From IMG/VR virus record IMGVR_UViG_2681813166_000002, positions 1 to 36,955 of that record: DNA of 36,955 nucleotides. One strand, 5' to 3'. The number at the start of each line of letters is the position of its first letter. Position 1 is the first letter of the stretch. Shown piece by piece: positions 18,035 to 27,532 of this stretch. Under the pieces are notes generated by a model that searched no databases, was not told the DNA's origin, and saw only the letters and a list, made by a program, of their open reading frames with translations. Both the position numbers and the translations under genes were made by a program. Origin of the DNA: a virus. Lineage: Duplodnaviria; Heunggongvirae; Uroviricota; Caudoviricetes.

Positions 18035-19240
18035 ATGGCGGTTGATATTAAAGATGTCGAACAGGTCGCGCAGGAGCTGCAGCAGAAGTTTGACGACTTC
18101 AAAGCAAAGAACGACAAGCGCGTGGATGCGATTGAGCAGGAAAAAGGCAAACTTGCCGGGCAGGTGGAAACTCTGAACGGGAAACTCAGCGAGCTGGAAA
18201 ATCTCAAAAGCGACCTTGAAAAAGAGCTGCTTGAGCTGAAACGTCCGGCTGGTGGAGCGCAAAATAAACTGGCCACCGAGCATAAAGAGGCGTTTGTGGG
18301 CTTCCTGCGTAAAGGCCGTGAAGACGGTCTGCGCGATCTGGAGCGTAAGGCATTGCAGGTGGGTACCGATGAAGACGGTGGCTACGCCGTGCCGGAAGAA
18401 CTGGATCGCAACATTCTTAACCTGCTGAAAGATGAAGTGGTGATGCGTCAGGAAGCCACGGTGATCACCGTTGGCGGTTCCGACTACAAAAAACTGGTGA
18501 ATCTGGGCGGTACGGCTTCCGGATGGGTGGGGGAAACGGATACGCGATCCCAGACTGCCACCTCCAGACTGGAGCTGATTGAACCTCTCATGGGGGAAAT
18601 CTACGGCAACCCGCAGGCTACCCAGAAAATGCTGGACGATGCCTTCTTCAACGTGGAGGCCTGGATCAACAGCGAGCTGGCAACCGAATTTGCCGAACAG
18701 GAAGAAATTGCCTTTACCTCCGGCGATGGCACCAAGAAGCCGAAAGGGTTCCTGGCGTATGAATCCACGGATGAAACCGACAAGGTCCGGGCGTTTGGCA
18801 AACTTCAGCATATTGTATCCGGTGAAGCGACTGCGGTGACCGCTGATGCCATTATCAAACTGATTTACACGCTGCGTAAGGCACATCGCACCGGTGCGAA
18901 GTTCATGATGAACAACAACAGCCTGTTTGCCATTCGTCTGCTGAAAGACACCGAGGGTAACTATCTGTGGCGTCCTGGGCTGGAACTGGGGCAGCCATCC
19001 TCTCTGGCGGGTTACGGTATCGCTGAAAACGAGCAGATGCCGGATATCGCCGCGGATGCGAAAGCCATTGCATTTGGTAACTTCAAACGGGGTTACACCA
19101 TCGTTGACCGTATCGGTACCCGCATTCTTCGCGATCCGTACACCAATAAACCGTTTGTCGGTTTTTATACCACCAAGCGCACCGGCGGCATGCTGGTCGA
19201 TTCGCAGGCCATCAAACTGCTGAAGATTGCTGCGGCGTAA
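18035..19240 (+). CDS. Major capsid protein (HK97 fold, N-terminal coiled-coil delta domain)
   Basis: 401-aa ORF with coiled-coil N-terminus and capsid-like body; follows the protease. Confidence 0.9.
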   Translation: MAVDIKDVEQVAQELQQKFDDFKAKNDKRVDAIEQEKGKLAGQVETLNGKLSELENLKSDLEKELLELKRPAGGAQNKLATEHKEAFVGFLRKGREDGLRDLERKALQVGTDEDGGYAVPEELDRNILNLLKDEVVMRQEATVITVGGSDYKKLVNLGGTASGWVGETDTRSQTATSRLELIEPLMGEIYGNPQATQKMLDDAFFNVEAWINSELATEFAEQEEIAFTSGDGTKKPKGFLAYESTDETDKVRAFGKLQHIVSGEATAVTADAIIKLIYTLRKAHRTGAKFMMNNNSLFAIRLLKDTEGNYLWRPGLELGQPSSLAGYGIAENEQMPDIAADAKAIAFGNFKRGYTIVDRIGTRILRDPYTNKPFVGFYTTKRTGGMLVDSQAIKLLKIAAA

Positions 19241-19290
19241 TCATTCAGGGGCGCGGAACCGCGCCCCCTGTTCTGACAGGTGAAAGAATC

Positions 19291-19491
19291 ATGATCCTGA
19301 AACAAGATCTGAAATGGTCACCGGACGGTATGCGTGTTGAGGTCATTCGGGCCGGTGAGTATGGCGACGGGGCGCTTCCTGCCCGGGTGCAGGAGATTGC
19401 ACTTCAGGCCGGGTTAGCAGAACGCGGAACCAGTGCAAAAAGCAGTAAAGCGACAAAAGAGAAAAAAGCCACGACCAGTAAAGAGGGCTGA
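19291..19491 (+). CDS. Hypothetical small head-module protein (66 aa)
   Basis: ORF with lysine-rich C-terminus between capsid and connector genes. Confidence 0.4.
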   Translation: MILKQDLKWSPDGMRVEVIRAGEYGDGALPARVQEIALQAGLAERGTSAKSSKATKEKKATTSKEG

Positions 19492-19493
19492 GT

Positions 19494-19817
19494 ATGCTTC
19501 TGACAATGGAAGAGATTAAAGCCCAACTCCGGCTGGATGAGGATTTCGATGCTGATGACCGCCATCTGCAACTGCTGGCCTGTGCGGCGCAAAAGCGGAC
19601 GGAAACGTATCTGAACCGGAAGCTCTATGCACCGGATGAAACCATTCCGGACAGCGATCCGGACGGGCTGCACCTGCCGGATGATATTCGTCTGGGGATG
19701 CTGATGCTTATCAGCCATTTTTACGAAAACCGCTCGTCGGTTACGGAAGTGGAGAAACTCGACATGCCGCAGAGTTTTGGCTGGCTTGTCGGCCCGTACA
19801 GGTACTTTCCGCAATGA
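19494..19817 (+). CDS. Head-tail connector / DNA-packaging gp6-like protein
   Basis: 107-aa ORF; typical size and position after the major capsid. Confidence 0.7.
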   Translation: MLLTMEEIKAQLRLDEDFDADDRHLQLLACAAQKRTETYLNRKLYAPDETIPDSDPDGLHLPDDIRLGMLMLISHFYENRSSVTEVEKLDMPQSFGWLVGPYRYFPQ

Positions 19818-20224
19818 AAATTCGTCAGGCGCAGACCAGCGCAACCTACATTCTGCCGGACCCCGGTGAACTGAATAAACGCGTCCTGATCCGCCTGCGG
19901 GTGGATGTGCCTGCGGATAACTTTGGCGTGGAGCCTCAATACCCGGTTACGTTCCGGACATGGGCGAAGGTTATCCAGACCAGTGCCACCACCTGGCAGG
20001 AAACCGCGCAGACCGGGGACGCCATCACCCATTACATCACCATTCGTTATCGCCGGGGGATCACCGCTGATTATGAGGTGGTCTGCGGTGACAGTGTGTA
20101 CCGGGTGAAACGTCAGCGCGATCTGAACGGGGCGCGGCGCTTTCTGCTGCTGGAGTGTACGGAGCTGGGCGAATGTAGGCAGAGTCACGGAGGCAACAAT
20201 GACGACTTCCTTTTTGCACGTTGA
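19814..20224 (+). CDS. Head closure / head-tail adaptor protein
   Basis: 136-aa ORF coupled by ATGA overlap to the preceding gene; function inferred from position. Confidence 0.6.
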   Translation: MKIRQAQTSATYILPDPGELNKRVLIRLRVDVPADNFGVEPQYPVTFRTWAKVIQTSATTWQETAQTGDAITHYITIRYRRGITADYEVVCGDSVYRVKRQRDLNGARRFLLLECTELGECRQSHGGNNDDFLFAR

Positions 20225-20705
20225 TTTTCAGCAGCCCGCGGAGATGCGCTTTAACCGCGCCCGTGTCCGGCGGGCGTTTGTCACGATTGGTCAGCGTCAT
20301 ATGCGTGATGCCCGTCGGCTGGTGATGCGCCGTGCGCGGTCGACACCGGGTGAAAACCCCGGTTATCAGACCGGACGCCTGGCTCGTTCGATTGGTTACA
20401 TGGTACCCAGAGCCAGTAAAAAGCGAGCCGGTTTTATGACACGTATAGCCCCTAACCAGCGTAATGGAGAGGGAAACCGCCGTATCACCGGTGATTTTTA
20501 TCCGGCTTTTTTGTTCTATGGCGTGAGGCGATGGGCAAAGCGTCGTCGCAGCCATCATCGTGGTGCATCCGGTGGCAGCGGCTGGCGACTGGCTCCACGT
20601 AATAACTTCATGGTGGAAACGCTTGAAAAGAACCGCAGCTGGACACGCTATTTTCTGGCGCGGGAATTGCGTAAATCACTGAAGCCGGAGCGACGACACA
20701 GATGA
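20199..20705 (+). CDS. HK97 gp10-like tail-component protein
   Basis: 168-aa basic ORF in the neck module. Confidence 0.6.
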   Translation: MTTSFLHVDFQQPAEMRFNRARVRRAFVTIGQRHMRDARRLVMRRARSTPGENPGYQTGRLARSIGYMVPRASKKRAGFMTRIAPNQRNGEGNRRITGDFYPAFLFYGVRRWAKRRRSHHRGASGGSGWRLAPRNNFMVETLEKNRSWTRYFLARELRKSLKPERRHR

Positions 20706-21262
20706 AACTGACGCCTGTTATTGCTGCGCTGCGTGCCCGCTGCCCGTATTTTGAAAACCGGGTGGCAGGCGCGGCACAGTTCAAAAATCTGCCGGAGGTC
20801 GGAAAGCTGAGACTCCCGGCGGCGTATGTGGTACCGGGTGATGACTCTCCGGGAGAAAACAAAAGCCAGACCGACTACTGGCAGGAGCTGAAAGAGGGCT
20901 TCTCCGTGGTTGTCATACTGAGTAACGGGCGTGATGAGCGCGGTCAGTTTGCTTCGTATGATGTGGTGGACGATGTCCGGCAGATGCTCTTTAAGGCTCT
21001 GCTGGGCTGGAACCCGGAGGCGTGCGGTAACCCGATTACCTATGACGGCGGCACGCTGCTGGATCTGAATCGTCATGAGCTGATTTATCAGTTCGATTTT
21101 TCGGTCATCAGCGAGCTGACTGAAGACGATACCCGCCAGCAGGATGATCTGAACAGTCTGGATGAACTGCAAACGCTGGCGATTGATGTTGATTATCTCG
21201 AGCCCGGTAACGGGCCTGACGGCGATATCGAACATCACACCGAAATAACCCTTCCTTCCTGA
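20702..21262 (+). CDS. Tail completion / neck protein (function inferred from position)
   Basis: 186-aa acidic ORF between neck genes and sheath. Confidence 0.5.
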   Translation: MKLTPVIAALRARCPYFENRVAGAAQFKNLPEVGKLRLPAAYVVPGDDSPGENKSQTDYWQELKEGFSVVVILSNGRDERGQFASYDVVDDVRQMLFKALLGWNPEACGNPITYDGGTLLDLNRHELIYQFDFSVISELTEDDTRQQDDLNSLDELQTLAIDVDYLEPGNGPDGDIEHHTEITLPS

Positions 21263-21270
21263 GGATCCTC

Positions 21271-21441
21271 ATGTTTGTCAAACCTGTTAAAGGGCGGTCA
21301 GTTCCTGACCCTGCCCGCGGCGACCTTTTGCCCGCCGAAGGGCGAAATGTTGACGAGAACAACTACTGGCTGCGCCGTGAAGCAGCGGGTGATATCCGGC
21401 GCGTGAATAAAAAGGTGAATACCGATGACGATAAGTTTTAA
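21271..21441 (+). CDS. Small DUF2635-like protein preceding the sheath gene (56 aa)
   Basis: Translated by hand: MFVKPVKGRSVPDPARGDLLPAEGRNVDENNYWLRREAAGDIRRVNKKVNTDDDKF. Confidence 0.45.
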   Translation: MFVKPVKGRSVPDPARGDLLPAEGRNVDENNYWLRREAAGDIRRVNKKVNTDDDKF

Positions 21442-22921
21442 CACCATTCCGTCGAATACGCTGGTTCCGTTGTTTTATGCGGAAATGGATAACCAGGCGG
21501 CGAATACTGCACAGGACAGCGGAGCATCGCTGCTGATTGGTCATGCCAATAACGGTGCAGAAATTGTTGCCAACAGTCTGGTACTGATGCCGTCGGCAGA
21601 CTATGCCCGCCAGATTTGTGGTGCGGGAAGTCAGCTGGCGCGTATGGTCGAGGCTTATCGCCAGACTGACCCGTTTGGTGAACTGTATGTGATTGCCGTT
21701 CCTGAATCCACAGGCGCGGCGGCAACGGTTACGCTGACGGTGACCGGGGCGGCAACCGAAACCGGCACGGTGAATGTGTATGTGGGACGTACCCGCGTGC
21801 AGGCACCGGTGACTAACGGCGATAACGTCACGATGATTGCCAGTAGTATTCAGAATGCCATCAATGCCGTTCCGACCCTGCCGTTTACGGCTTCATCTTC
21901 GGCAGGCGTGGTCACACTGACCGCGCGTCATAAGGGGCTTTGCGGGAATGAAATTCCTGTCAGCCTCAATTACTACGGCTTTGGTGGGGGCGAAGTGCTG
22001 CCAGCGGGCGTACAGATTGCCGTGGCGACGGGTACCGCCGGAACGGGTGCTCCGGTTCTCACCGGCGCGGTGGCTGCAATGGCGGATGAGCCGTTTGATT
22101 ATATCGGCCTGCCGTTCAACGACACGGCCTCCGTTAACACGCTGGTGACCGAGATGAACGATACCAGCGGTCGCTGGAGCTATGCGCGTCAGCTGTATGG
22201 TCATGTGTATACGGCAAAGATCGGCACGCTGTCAGAACTGGTGACCGCAGGTGACCAGTTTAACCAGCAGCACATTACCCTGGCGGGGTACGAAAAAGAG
22301 ACCCAGACGCCTGCCGACGAACTGGCGGCAAGCCGTACCGCCCGCGCAGCGGTGTTTATTCGCAACGATCCGGCACGTCCCACGCAGACCGGTGAGCTGG
22401 TGGGTATGCTGCCTGCGCCGAAGGGGAAACGGTTCACGATGACCGAACAACAGACCCTGCTGTCTCATGGCGTGGCAACGGCGTATGTCGAAAGCGGGGT
22501 ACTGCGCATTCAGCGTGATGTCACCACGTACAGGAAAAACGCTTACGGGGTTGCGGATAACAGCTACCTCGACAGTGAGATACTGCATACCAGCGCGTAT
22601 GTACTGCGCAAACTGAAATCCGTCATTACCAGTAAGTACGGGCGTCACAAGCTTGCCAGTGACGGTACCCGCTTTGGTCCCGGTCAGGCGATTGTCACCC
22701 CGGCGGTGATCAAAGGGGAACTGCTGGCAACCTACCGTCAGCTTGAGCGTGCGGGGATCGTGGAAAACTACGAACTGTTTAAGCAGTACCTGGTTGTGGA
22801 GCGTGATGCCAGCGATCCGAACCGCCTGAACACGCTGTTCCCGCCTGACTATGTTAACCAGTTGCGTGTCTTTGCCGTGGTTAACCAGTTCCGTCTTCAG
22901 TATTCAGAGGAGTCTGCATAA
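21425..22921 (+). CDS. Contractile tail sheath protein
   Basis: 498-aa ORF followed directly by a ~118-aa tube gene, the standard myovirus arrangement. Confidence 0.85.
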   Translation: MTISFNTIPSNTLVPLFYAEMDNQAANTAQDSGASLLIGHANNGAEIVANSLVLMPSADYARQICGAGSQLARMVEAYRQTDPFGELYVIAVPESTGAAATVTLTVTGAATETGTVNVYVGRTRVQAPVTNGDNVTMIASSIQNAINAVPTLPFTASSSAGVVTLTARHKGLCGNEIPVSLNYYGFGGGEVLPAGVQIAVATGTAGTGAPVLTGAVAAMADEPFDYIGLPFNDTASVNTLVTEMNDTSGRWSYARQLYGHVYTAKIGTLSELVTAGDQFNQQHITLAGYEKETQTPADELAASRTARAAVFIRNDPARPTQTGELVGMLPAPKGKRFTMTEQQTLLSHGVATAYVESGVLRIQRDVTTYRKNAYGVADNSYLDSEILHTSAYVLRKLKSVITSKYGRHKLASDGTRFGPGQAIVTPAVIKGELLATYRQLERAGIVENYELFKQYLVVERDASDPNRLNTLFPPDYVNQLRVFAVVNQFRLQYSEESA

Positions 22922-23277
22922 TGGCCCGTATCGGGGGAACCTGTTATTTCAAAATTGACGGTCAGCAGCTATCGCTGACCGGCGGCATTGAGGTGCCCAT
23001 GAACAGGACGGTCAATGATGACATCATCGGCCTGGACGGTTCAGTGGACCGCAAGGAAACTCACCGTGCGCCCTATGTCAAAGGGACCTTCAAGGTGCCG
23101 AAGAATTTTCCGGTGAGCAAAATCACCTCGTCTGATGAGATGACCATCACTGCCGAGCTGGCGAACGGTCAGGTCTATGTACTGTCGTCTGCCTGGCTGC
23201 ACGGCGAAGCGAACCATAATGCCGAAGAAGGCACGGTTGATCTTGAGTTCCACGGTGAAGAAGGGGATTACCAGTAA
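22921..23277 (+). CDS. Tail tube protein
   Basis: 118-aa ORF directly after the sheath gene. Confidence 0.8.
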   Translation: MARIGGTCYFKIDGQQLSLTGGIEVPMNRTVNDDIIGLDGSVDRKETHRAPYVKGTFKVPKNFPVSKITSSDEMTITAELANGQVYVLSSAWLHGEANHNAEEGTVDLEFHGEEGDYQ

Positions 23278-23546
23278 TGAAAGAGCTTGAGTTAAAGAAA
23301 CCGATTACTGCTCATGGCGAGACACTCTCCGTACTTGAGTTTGATGAGCCCACCGGGAAAGATGTCCGCGAGCTGGGGTATCCCTACCAGATGAATCAGG
23401 ATGAGTCAGTCAGACTTCTGGCGCATGTGGTATCGAAATACATTGTGCGGCTGGCGAAAGTGCCGCAAAACTCTGTCGACCAGATGTCTCCGGCAGACCT
23501 GAATGCTGCGGCGTGGCTTGTGGCTGGTTTTTTCCTCCAGGCCTGA
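23277..23546 (+). CDS. Tail assembly chaperone (G-like)
   Basis: 89-aa ORF between tube and tape measure genes; overlapping -1 frame ORF downstream. Confidence 0.7.
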   Translation: MKELELKKPITAHGETLSVLEFDEPTGKDVRELGYPYQMNQDESVRLLAHVVSKYIVRLAKVPQNSVDQMSPADLNAAAWLVAGFFLQA

Positions 23547-23695
23547 CGGCTGAATACCTCACTGATCGCTTCTTTGACTGCGCCAGTTACTGGCGCATTA
23601 ATCCCTTCGAATTGCTGAATATGCCGATCAGTGAAATTCCCTTGCTGGTCAGTCAGGCAAACAGGATAGAGCAGGAGAAACGCACACATGGCTGA
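23528..23695 (+). CDS. Frameshift extension of the tail assembly chaperone (T-like, -1 frame)
   Basis: Slippery heptamer T_TTT_TTC at 23528-23534; the -1 frame stays open to 23695, overlapping the tape measure start. Confidence 0.55.
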   Translation, partial: FFPPGLTAEYLTDRFFDCASYWRINPFELLNMPISEIPLLVSQANRIEQEKRTHG

Positions 23696-25520
23696 ATTTG
23701 AGCTTAAGGCGTTGATCACCGGTGTCGACAGACTTTCTCCCGCGCTGTCGAAAATGCAAAAGAAAATCCGGGGATTTAAACGCCAGGCGGAAGAAGCATC
23801 ACAGGGTGGGCTGGCGCTTGGTGGCGGACTGGCAGCGGGTCTGACGCTTTCCCTGAAATCTTATGCCGATCAGGAAAACGCCGCCACCGGGCTGAAAGTC
23901 GCCATGATGGATGCGAACGGCGAGGTCGGAAAGAGCTTTCAGGACATCAATAAACTGGCTATTGGCCTGGGTAACCAGCTACCCGGTACAACGGCTGATT
24001 TCCAGAACATGATGCAGATGCTGGTGCGTCAGGGGATCCCGGCAGAAAATATTCTTGGCGGTGTGGGTAAAGCGACAGCTTATCTTGCGGTACAACTGAA
24101 AAAAACACCGGAAGCGGCTGCTGAGTTTGCTGCAAAGATGCAGGATGCTACCGGAACGGCGTCAGAAGACATGATGGGGCTGTTCGACACTATCCAGAAG
24201 GCGTTTTATCTGGGCGTTGACGATACCAACATGTTGTCCTTCTTCACTAAAACCAGTTCTGTTCTGAAGATGGTGAACAAGGACGGTCTTCAGGCTGCAC
24301 AGAGCCTTGCCCCCATCAGCGTCATGATGGATCAGATGGGGATGAACGGGGAGTCGGCAGGTAATGCCCTGCGAAAAGTTATCCAGTCCGGATTAAGCGT
24401 TAAGAAAATCAGGGACGTCAATAAAGTCATGGCCCGCCAGAAACTCGGAGTGCAGCTCGATTTTACTGACGGCAAAGGGAGTTTTGGCGGTCTTGATAAC
24501 ATGTTTAAGCAACTGGCAAAGCTGCGAAAACTGACCGACGTTAAGCGAACAGGTGTACTTAAGGCAATATTTGGTGATGATGCCGAAACCCTTCAGGTGG
24601 TCAATGCTCTGATCGATAAAGGAAAGGATGGTTACGATCAGATCCAGCAGAAGATGAATAAACAGGCCAGCCTGAATAAACGTGTTCAGGCACAGCTTGG
24701 TACGCTGTCCAACCTGTGGGAGGCAATGATGGGGACCGCAACTAACGGTCTTGCAGCTATTGGCGGCGCATTTTCTGGTGACGCTAAAAATATCACGCAA
24801 TGGCTGGGGGAGTTGGGGGAAAAATTCACGAAGTTTGCGGATGAAAATCCCCGGGTTATTCGCGGCGTCGTCGGGCTTGCTGCCGGTCTTGCGATTCTGA
24901 AACTGGGATTGATGGGCGTGGGCAGTGCCATCAGTATTGTCAGCAGGATCATGTCGATGACGCCGATTGGCATGATTGCGACGGCGATTGCTCTGGCTGC
25001 GGGATTAATTATCACTAACTGGGATGTAGTTGGACCTTATTTTAAGAAACTCTGGGAAACCATTGGTCCTTATTTTGAGGCTGGCTGGGAACTCCTTAAG
25101 AAAGTTTTTGCCTGGTCGCCGCTGGGGATGGTGATCAATAACTGGGGACCGGTTGTTAAGTGGTTTCAGGATATGTGGGATAAGCTGAAGCCGATTATTG
25201 AATGGTTTACCGACAGTTCCGGTGACACGGTCGATACCATTAACTCGGCGCAGTGGGGCGCGGGTGCTTATGATGCTTATGGGACGGGAATACCGGCACG
25301 GGGATACACTCCTTATCCGGCGGTGGATCCGGCTCAGGCAAACAACGCCTCCGATGCCACAGGCTCGAATCCCTTCATGATTAATAAAGCTACCGCGCCA
25401 AAAGTTGATGGTGAGATCAAGGTATCATTTATAAATATGCCACCAGGTATGCGGGTTACGGAAACACGCTCCAGTGGCATTGATATAAATCACGATGTTG
25501 GCTATACCCGATTTTGGTAG
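23688..25520 (+). CDS. Tail tape measure protein
   Basis: 610-aa ORF, Ala/Gly-rich helical with hydrophobic central segments. Confidence 0.85.
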   Translation: MAEFELKALITGVDRLSPALSKMQKKIRGFKRQAEEASQGGLALGGGLAAGLTLSLKSYADQENAATGLKVAMMDANGEVGKSFQDINKLAIGLGNQLPGTTADFQNMMQMLVRQGIPAENILGGVGKATAYLAVQLKKTPEAAAEFAAKMQDATGTASEDMMGLFDTIQKAFYLGVDDTNMLSFFTKTSSVLKMVNKDGLQAAQSLAPISVMMDQMGMNGESAGNALRKVIQSGLSVKKIRDVNKVMARQKLGVQLDFTDGKGSFGGLDNMFKQLAKLRKLTDVKRTGVLKAIFGDDAETLQVVNALIDKGKDGYDQIQQKMNKQASLNKRVQAQLGTLSNLWEAMMGTATNGLAAIGGAFSGDAKNITQWLGELGEKFTKFADENPRVIRGVVGLAAGLAILKLGLMGVGSAISIVSRIMSMTPIGMIATAIALAAGLIITNWDVVGPYFKKLWETIGPYFEAGWELLKKVFAWSPLGMVINNWGPVVKWFQDMWDKLKPIIEWFTDSSGDTVDTINSAQWGAGAYDAYGTGIPARGYTPYPAVDPAQANNASDATGSNPFMINKATAPKVDGEIKVSFINMPPGMRVTETRSSGIDINHDVGYTRFW

Positions 25521-25611
25521 CCAGAATTCCCCTCACATGTATTGCTGGTTGTAAGTCATAAATAGAGTGATAGAATTAATGCACATTTAGAAAAATGTTA
25601 ATAGGCGAAAA

Positions 25612-26142
25612 ATGAAAGGCTATATCACAGCAAGTGTAATTCTTGGAGTAGCGGCTATTTTTTCATCTCTCATAATCTCTGGCAACATCTCCTTTAAAGA
25701 TGAACATATTATTCAGTTATCTGGAGGAGCTATAAAACTTGGTGATGTTTATAAAGAAAATAAATTGATAAGTGCAAAGATTATTTTTCCAGATAATCAG
25801 GGTGAACAGATTCTTGTTGTCGACGGCAATCCTGAAAACTTTAAGGAGGATTTTCAGGAGAAATTAAATAAAGTAATAAAAACTTTAAATGCGTCAAAGA
25901 AAAAAGATGAAGAGAAAGTTAGCCTGGATAATTTAAGTGTTATTGAAGAGTCTAAACTAGAGCTCGTTTCTGCGGTGCGTTACTCTGCTCAGTATGTTCC
26001 TATGTTTACTCTGACGCTGGACAAAAAAGAAATTACCATGCCTAAAAATACGGTAATATTTCCATTTGCCAGCGATGAAACAGCTAAGTATTTAAATGAA
26101 CAACAGCAAAAGTATAAAGATTCGTTGTTTCTGACTCGCTAA
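25612..26142 (+). CDS. Hypothetical membrane-anchored moron protein (176 aa)
   Basis: AT-rich ORF with N-terminal TM/signal anchor ASVILGVAAIFSSLIISG, own RBS and own terminator, inserted between tail genes. Confidence 0.65.
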   Translation: MKGYITASVILGVAAIFSSLIISGNISFKDEHIIQLSGGAIKLGDVYKENKLISAKIIFPDNQGEQILVVDGNPENFKEDFQEKLNKVIKTLNASKKKDEEKVSLDNLSVIEESKLELVSAVRYSAQYVPMFTLTLDKKEITMPKNTVIFPFASDETAKYLNEQQQKYKDSLFLTR

Positions 26143-26159
26143 TTAATAAAATTCATTAC

Positions 26160-26190
26160 AAGGCCACCTTCTAATAGGTGGCTTTTTTAT
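26160..26190 (+). terminator. Intrinsic terminator after the moron
   Basis: GCCACCT-tctaat-AGGTGGC followed by TTTTTTATTTT. Confidence 0.65.
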
Positions 26191-26203
26191 TTTCGGAGTG
26201 TAT

Positions 26204-27532
26204 ATGACGTGGAAAGACAGGCTTCAGGATGCGTCATTTCGAGGTGTGCCGTTTAAGGTTGAAGAAGAAAGTGCGGGAACCGGCCGTCGTGTGGAAACAC
26301 ACGAATATCCGAACCGCGACAAACCCTATACCGAAGATCTGGGAAAAGTCACTTTCCGCCCGTCCATCACAGCTTATGTGGTGGGAGATGACTGCTTTGA
26401 CCAGCGCGATCGCCTGATTGAAGCGCTGAATAAACCCGGTCCCGGCACGCTTGTCCACCCGACATATGGTGAGCTGAAAGTCTGTGTTGACGGGGAAGTT
26501 CGGGTCAGCACATCGAAAAGTGAAGGGCGTATTGTCCGCTTTGACCTGAAGTTTGTCGAAGCGGGAGAACTCTCTTACCCCACATCAGGTGCGGCGACGG
26601 CGCAGACGCTGATGTCATCCTGTTCTGCACTGGATGACTGCATCAGTGACAGTTTCAGTGGTTTCAGTATCGATGGCGTGGCAGATTTTGTGCAGAACGA
26701 CGTCGTCGGTAATGCCGGCACAATGCTTGGGTATATTTCTGATGCGATGAAAGTGGTGGATTCTGCCGTATCGGATGCCGCCAGGCTGTTGCAGGGGGAT
26801 ATCTCGGTACTTCTGCCGCCGCCATCGTCAGGCAAAAATTTCGTTGAGCAGGTGCAGAAAATGTGGCGTACCGGGAAACGCCTTTATGGTAACGCCAGCG
26901 ACCTGGTCACCATGATCAAAACGCTTTCCGGTGTCAGCCTCGGCAGCGATCTGCAACCGCGCGGCGTCTGGAAAACGGACAGTAAAACCACCGCTACGGC
27001 GACGCAGCAGCGTAACGTGGTTGCCAGCACCCTTCGTACGACCGCAATCAGCGAAGCGGCGTATGCCGTCACCCGATTGCCTGCGCCAACAACTTCCGCG
27101 GTGATGCAGAATGCCGCAGTAGGGCAGGCAACAACAGCTGCGCAGAGCACCGGCTGGCCTTCCGTTACGCATCCGGCACTGAACAATGCACCGGCGGTGA
27201 AAAACACGGTTGATCTGTCGACGTGGGAAGAACTGACTGACATTCGCGACACACTGAATACGGCAATTGATAAGGAGTTGTCCCGTACAACCAGTGATGC
27301 GCTGTTTCTGGCGCTGCGCCGGGTGAAAGCAGATCTGAATGCGGATATCAACACGCGCCTTGAACAGTCTGCACGGATCATTCAGCGCACGCCGGATGAG
27401 GTTTTACCCGCGTTGGTGCTGGCGGCGACCTGGTTTGATAACGCGGCGCGTGACGCGGACATTATCCGGCGTAATGCCATTACGCATCCCGGCTTTGTGC
27501 CGGTGATCCCTCTGAAGGTGCCAGTGCAATGA
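26204..27532 (+). CDS. DNA circulation protein (Mu gp43-like)
   Basis: N-terminus MTWKDRLQDASFRGVPFKVEE, the characteristic motif of this family; GGAG RBS. Confidence 0.85.
   Translation: MTWKDRLQDASFRGVPFKVEEESAGTGRRVETHEYPNRDKPYTEDLGKVTFRPSITAYVVGDDCFDQRDRLIEALNKPGPGTLVHPTYGELKVCVDGEVRVSTSKSEGRIVRFDLKFVEAGELSYPTSGAATAQTLMSSCSALDDCISDSFSGFSIDGVADFVQNDVVGNAGTMLGYISDAMKVVDSAVSDAARLLQGDISVLLPPPSSGKNFVEQVQKMWRTGKRLYGNASDLVTMIKTLSGVSLGSDLQPRGVWKTDSKTTATATQQRNVVASTLRTTAISEAAYAVTRLPAPTTSAVMQNAAVGQATTAAQSTGWPSVTHPALNNAPAVKNTVDLSTWEELTDIRDTLNTAIDKELSRTTSDALFLALRRVKADLNADINTRLEQSARIIQRTPDEVLPALVLAATWFDNAARDADIIRRNAITHPGFVPVIPLKVPVQ

Noticed and set aside
18017-18886. 289-aa minus-strand ORF inside the major capsid gene
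   Set aside because: Antisense to a confidently identified capsid gene; no independent signals.
20061-21238. Minus-strand ORFs of 165, 196 and 84 aa across the neck genes
   Set aside because: Antisense shadows of plus-strand structural genes; Arg-rich low-complexity translations.
26884-27381. 165-aa minus-strand ORF inside the DNA circulation gene
   Set aside because: Antisense to a gene with a recognisable N-terminal motif; no RBS.
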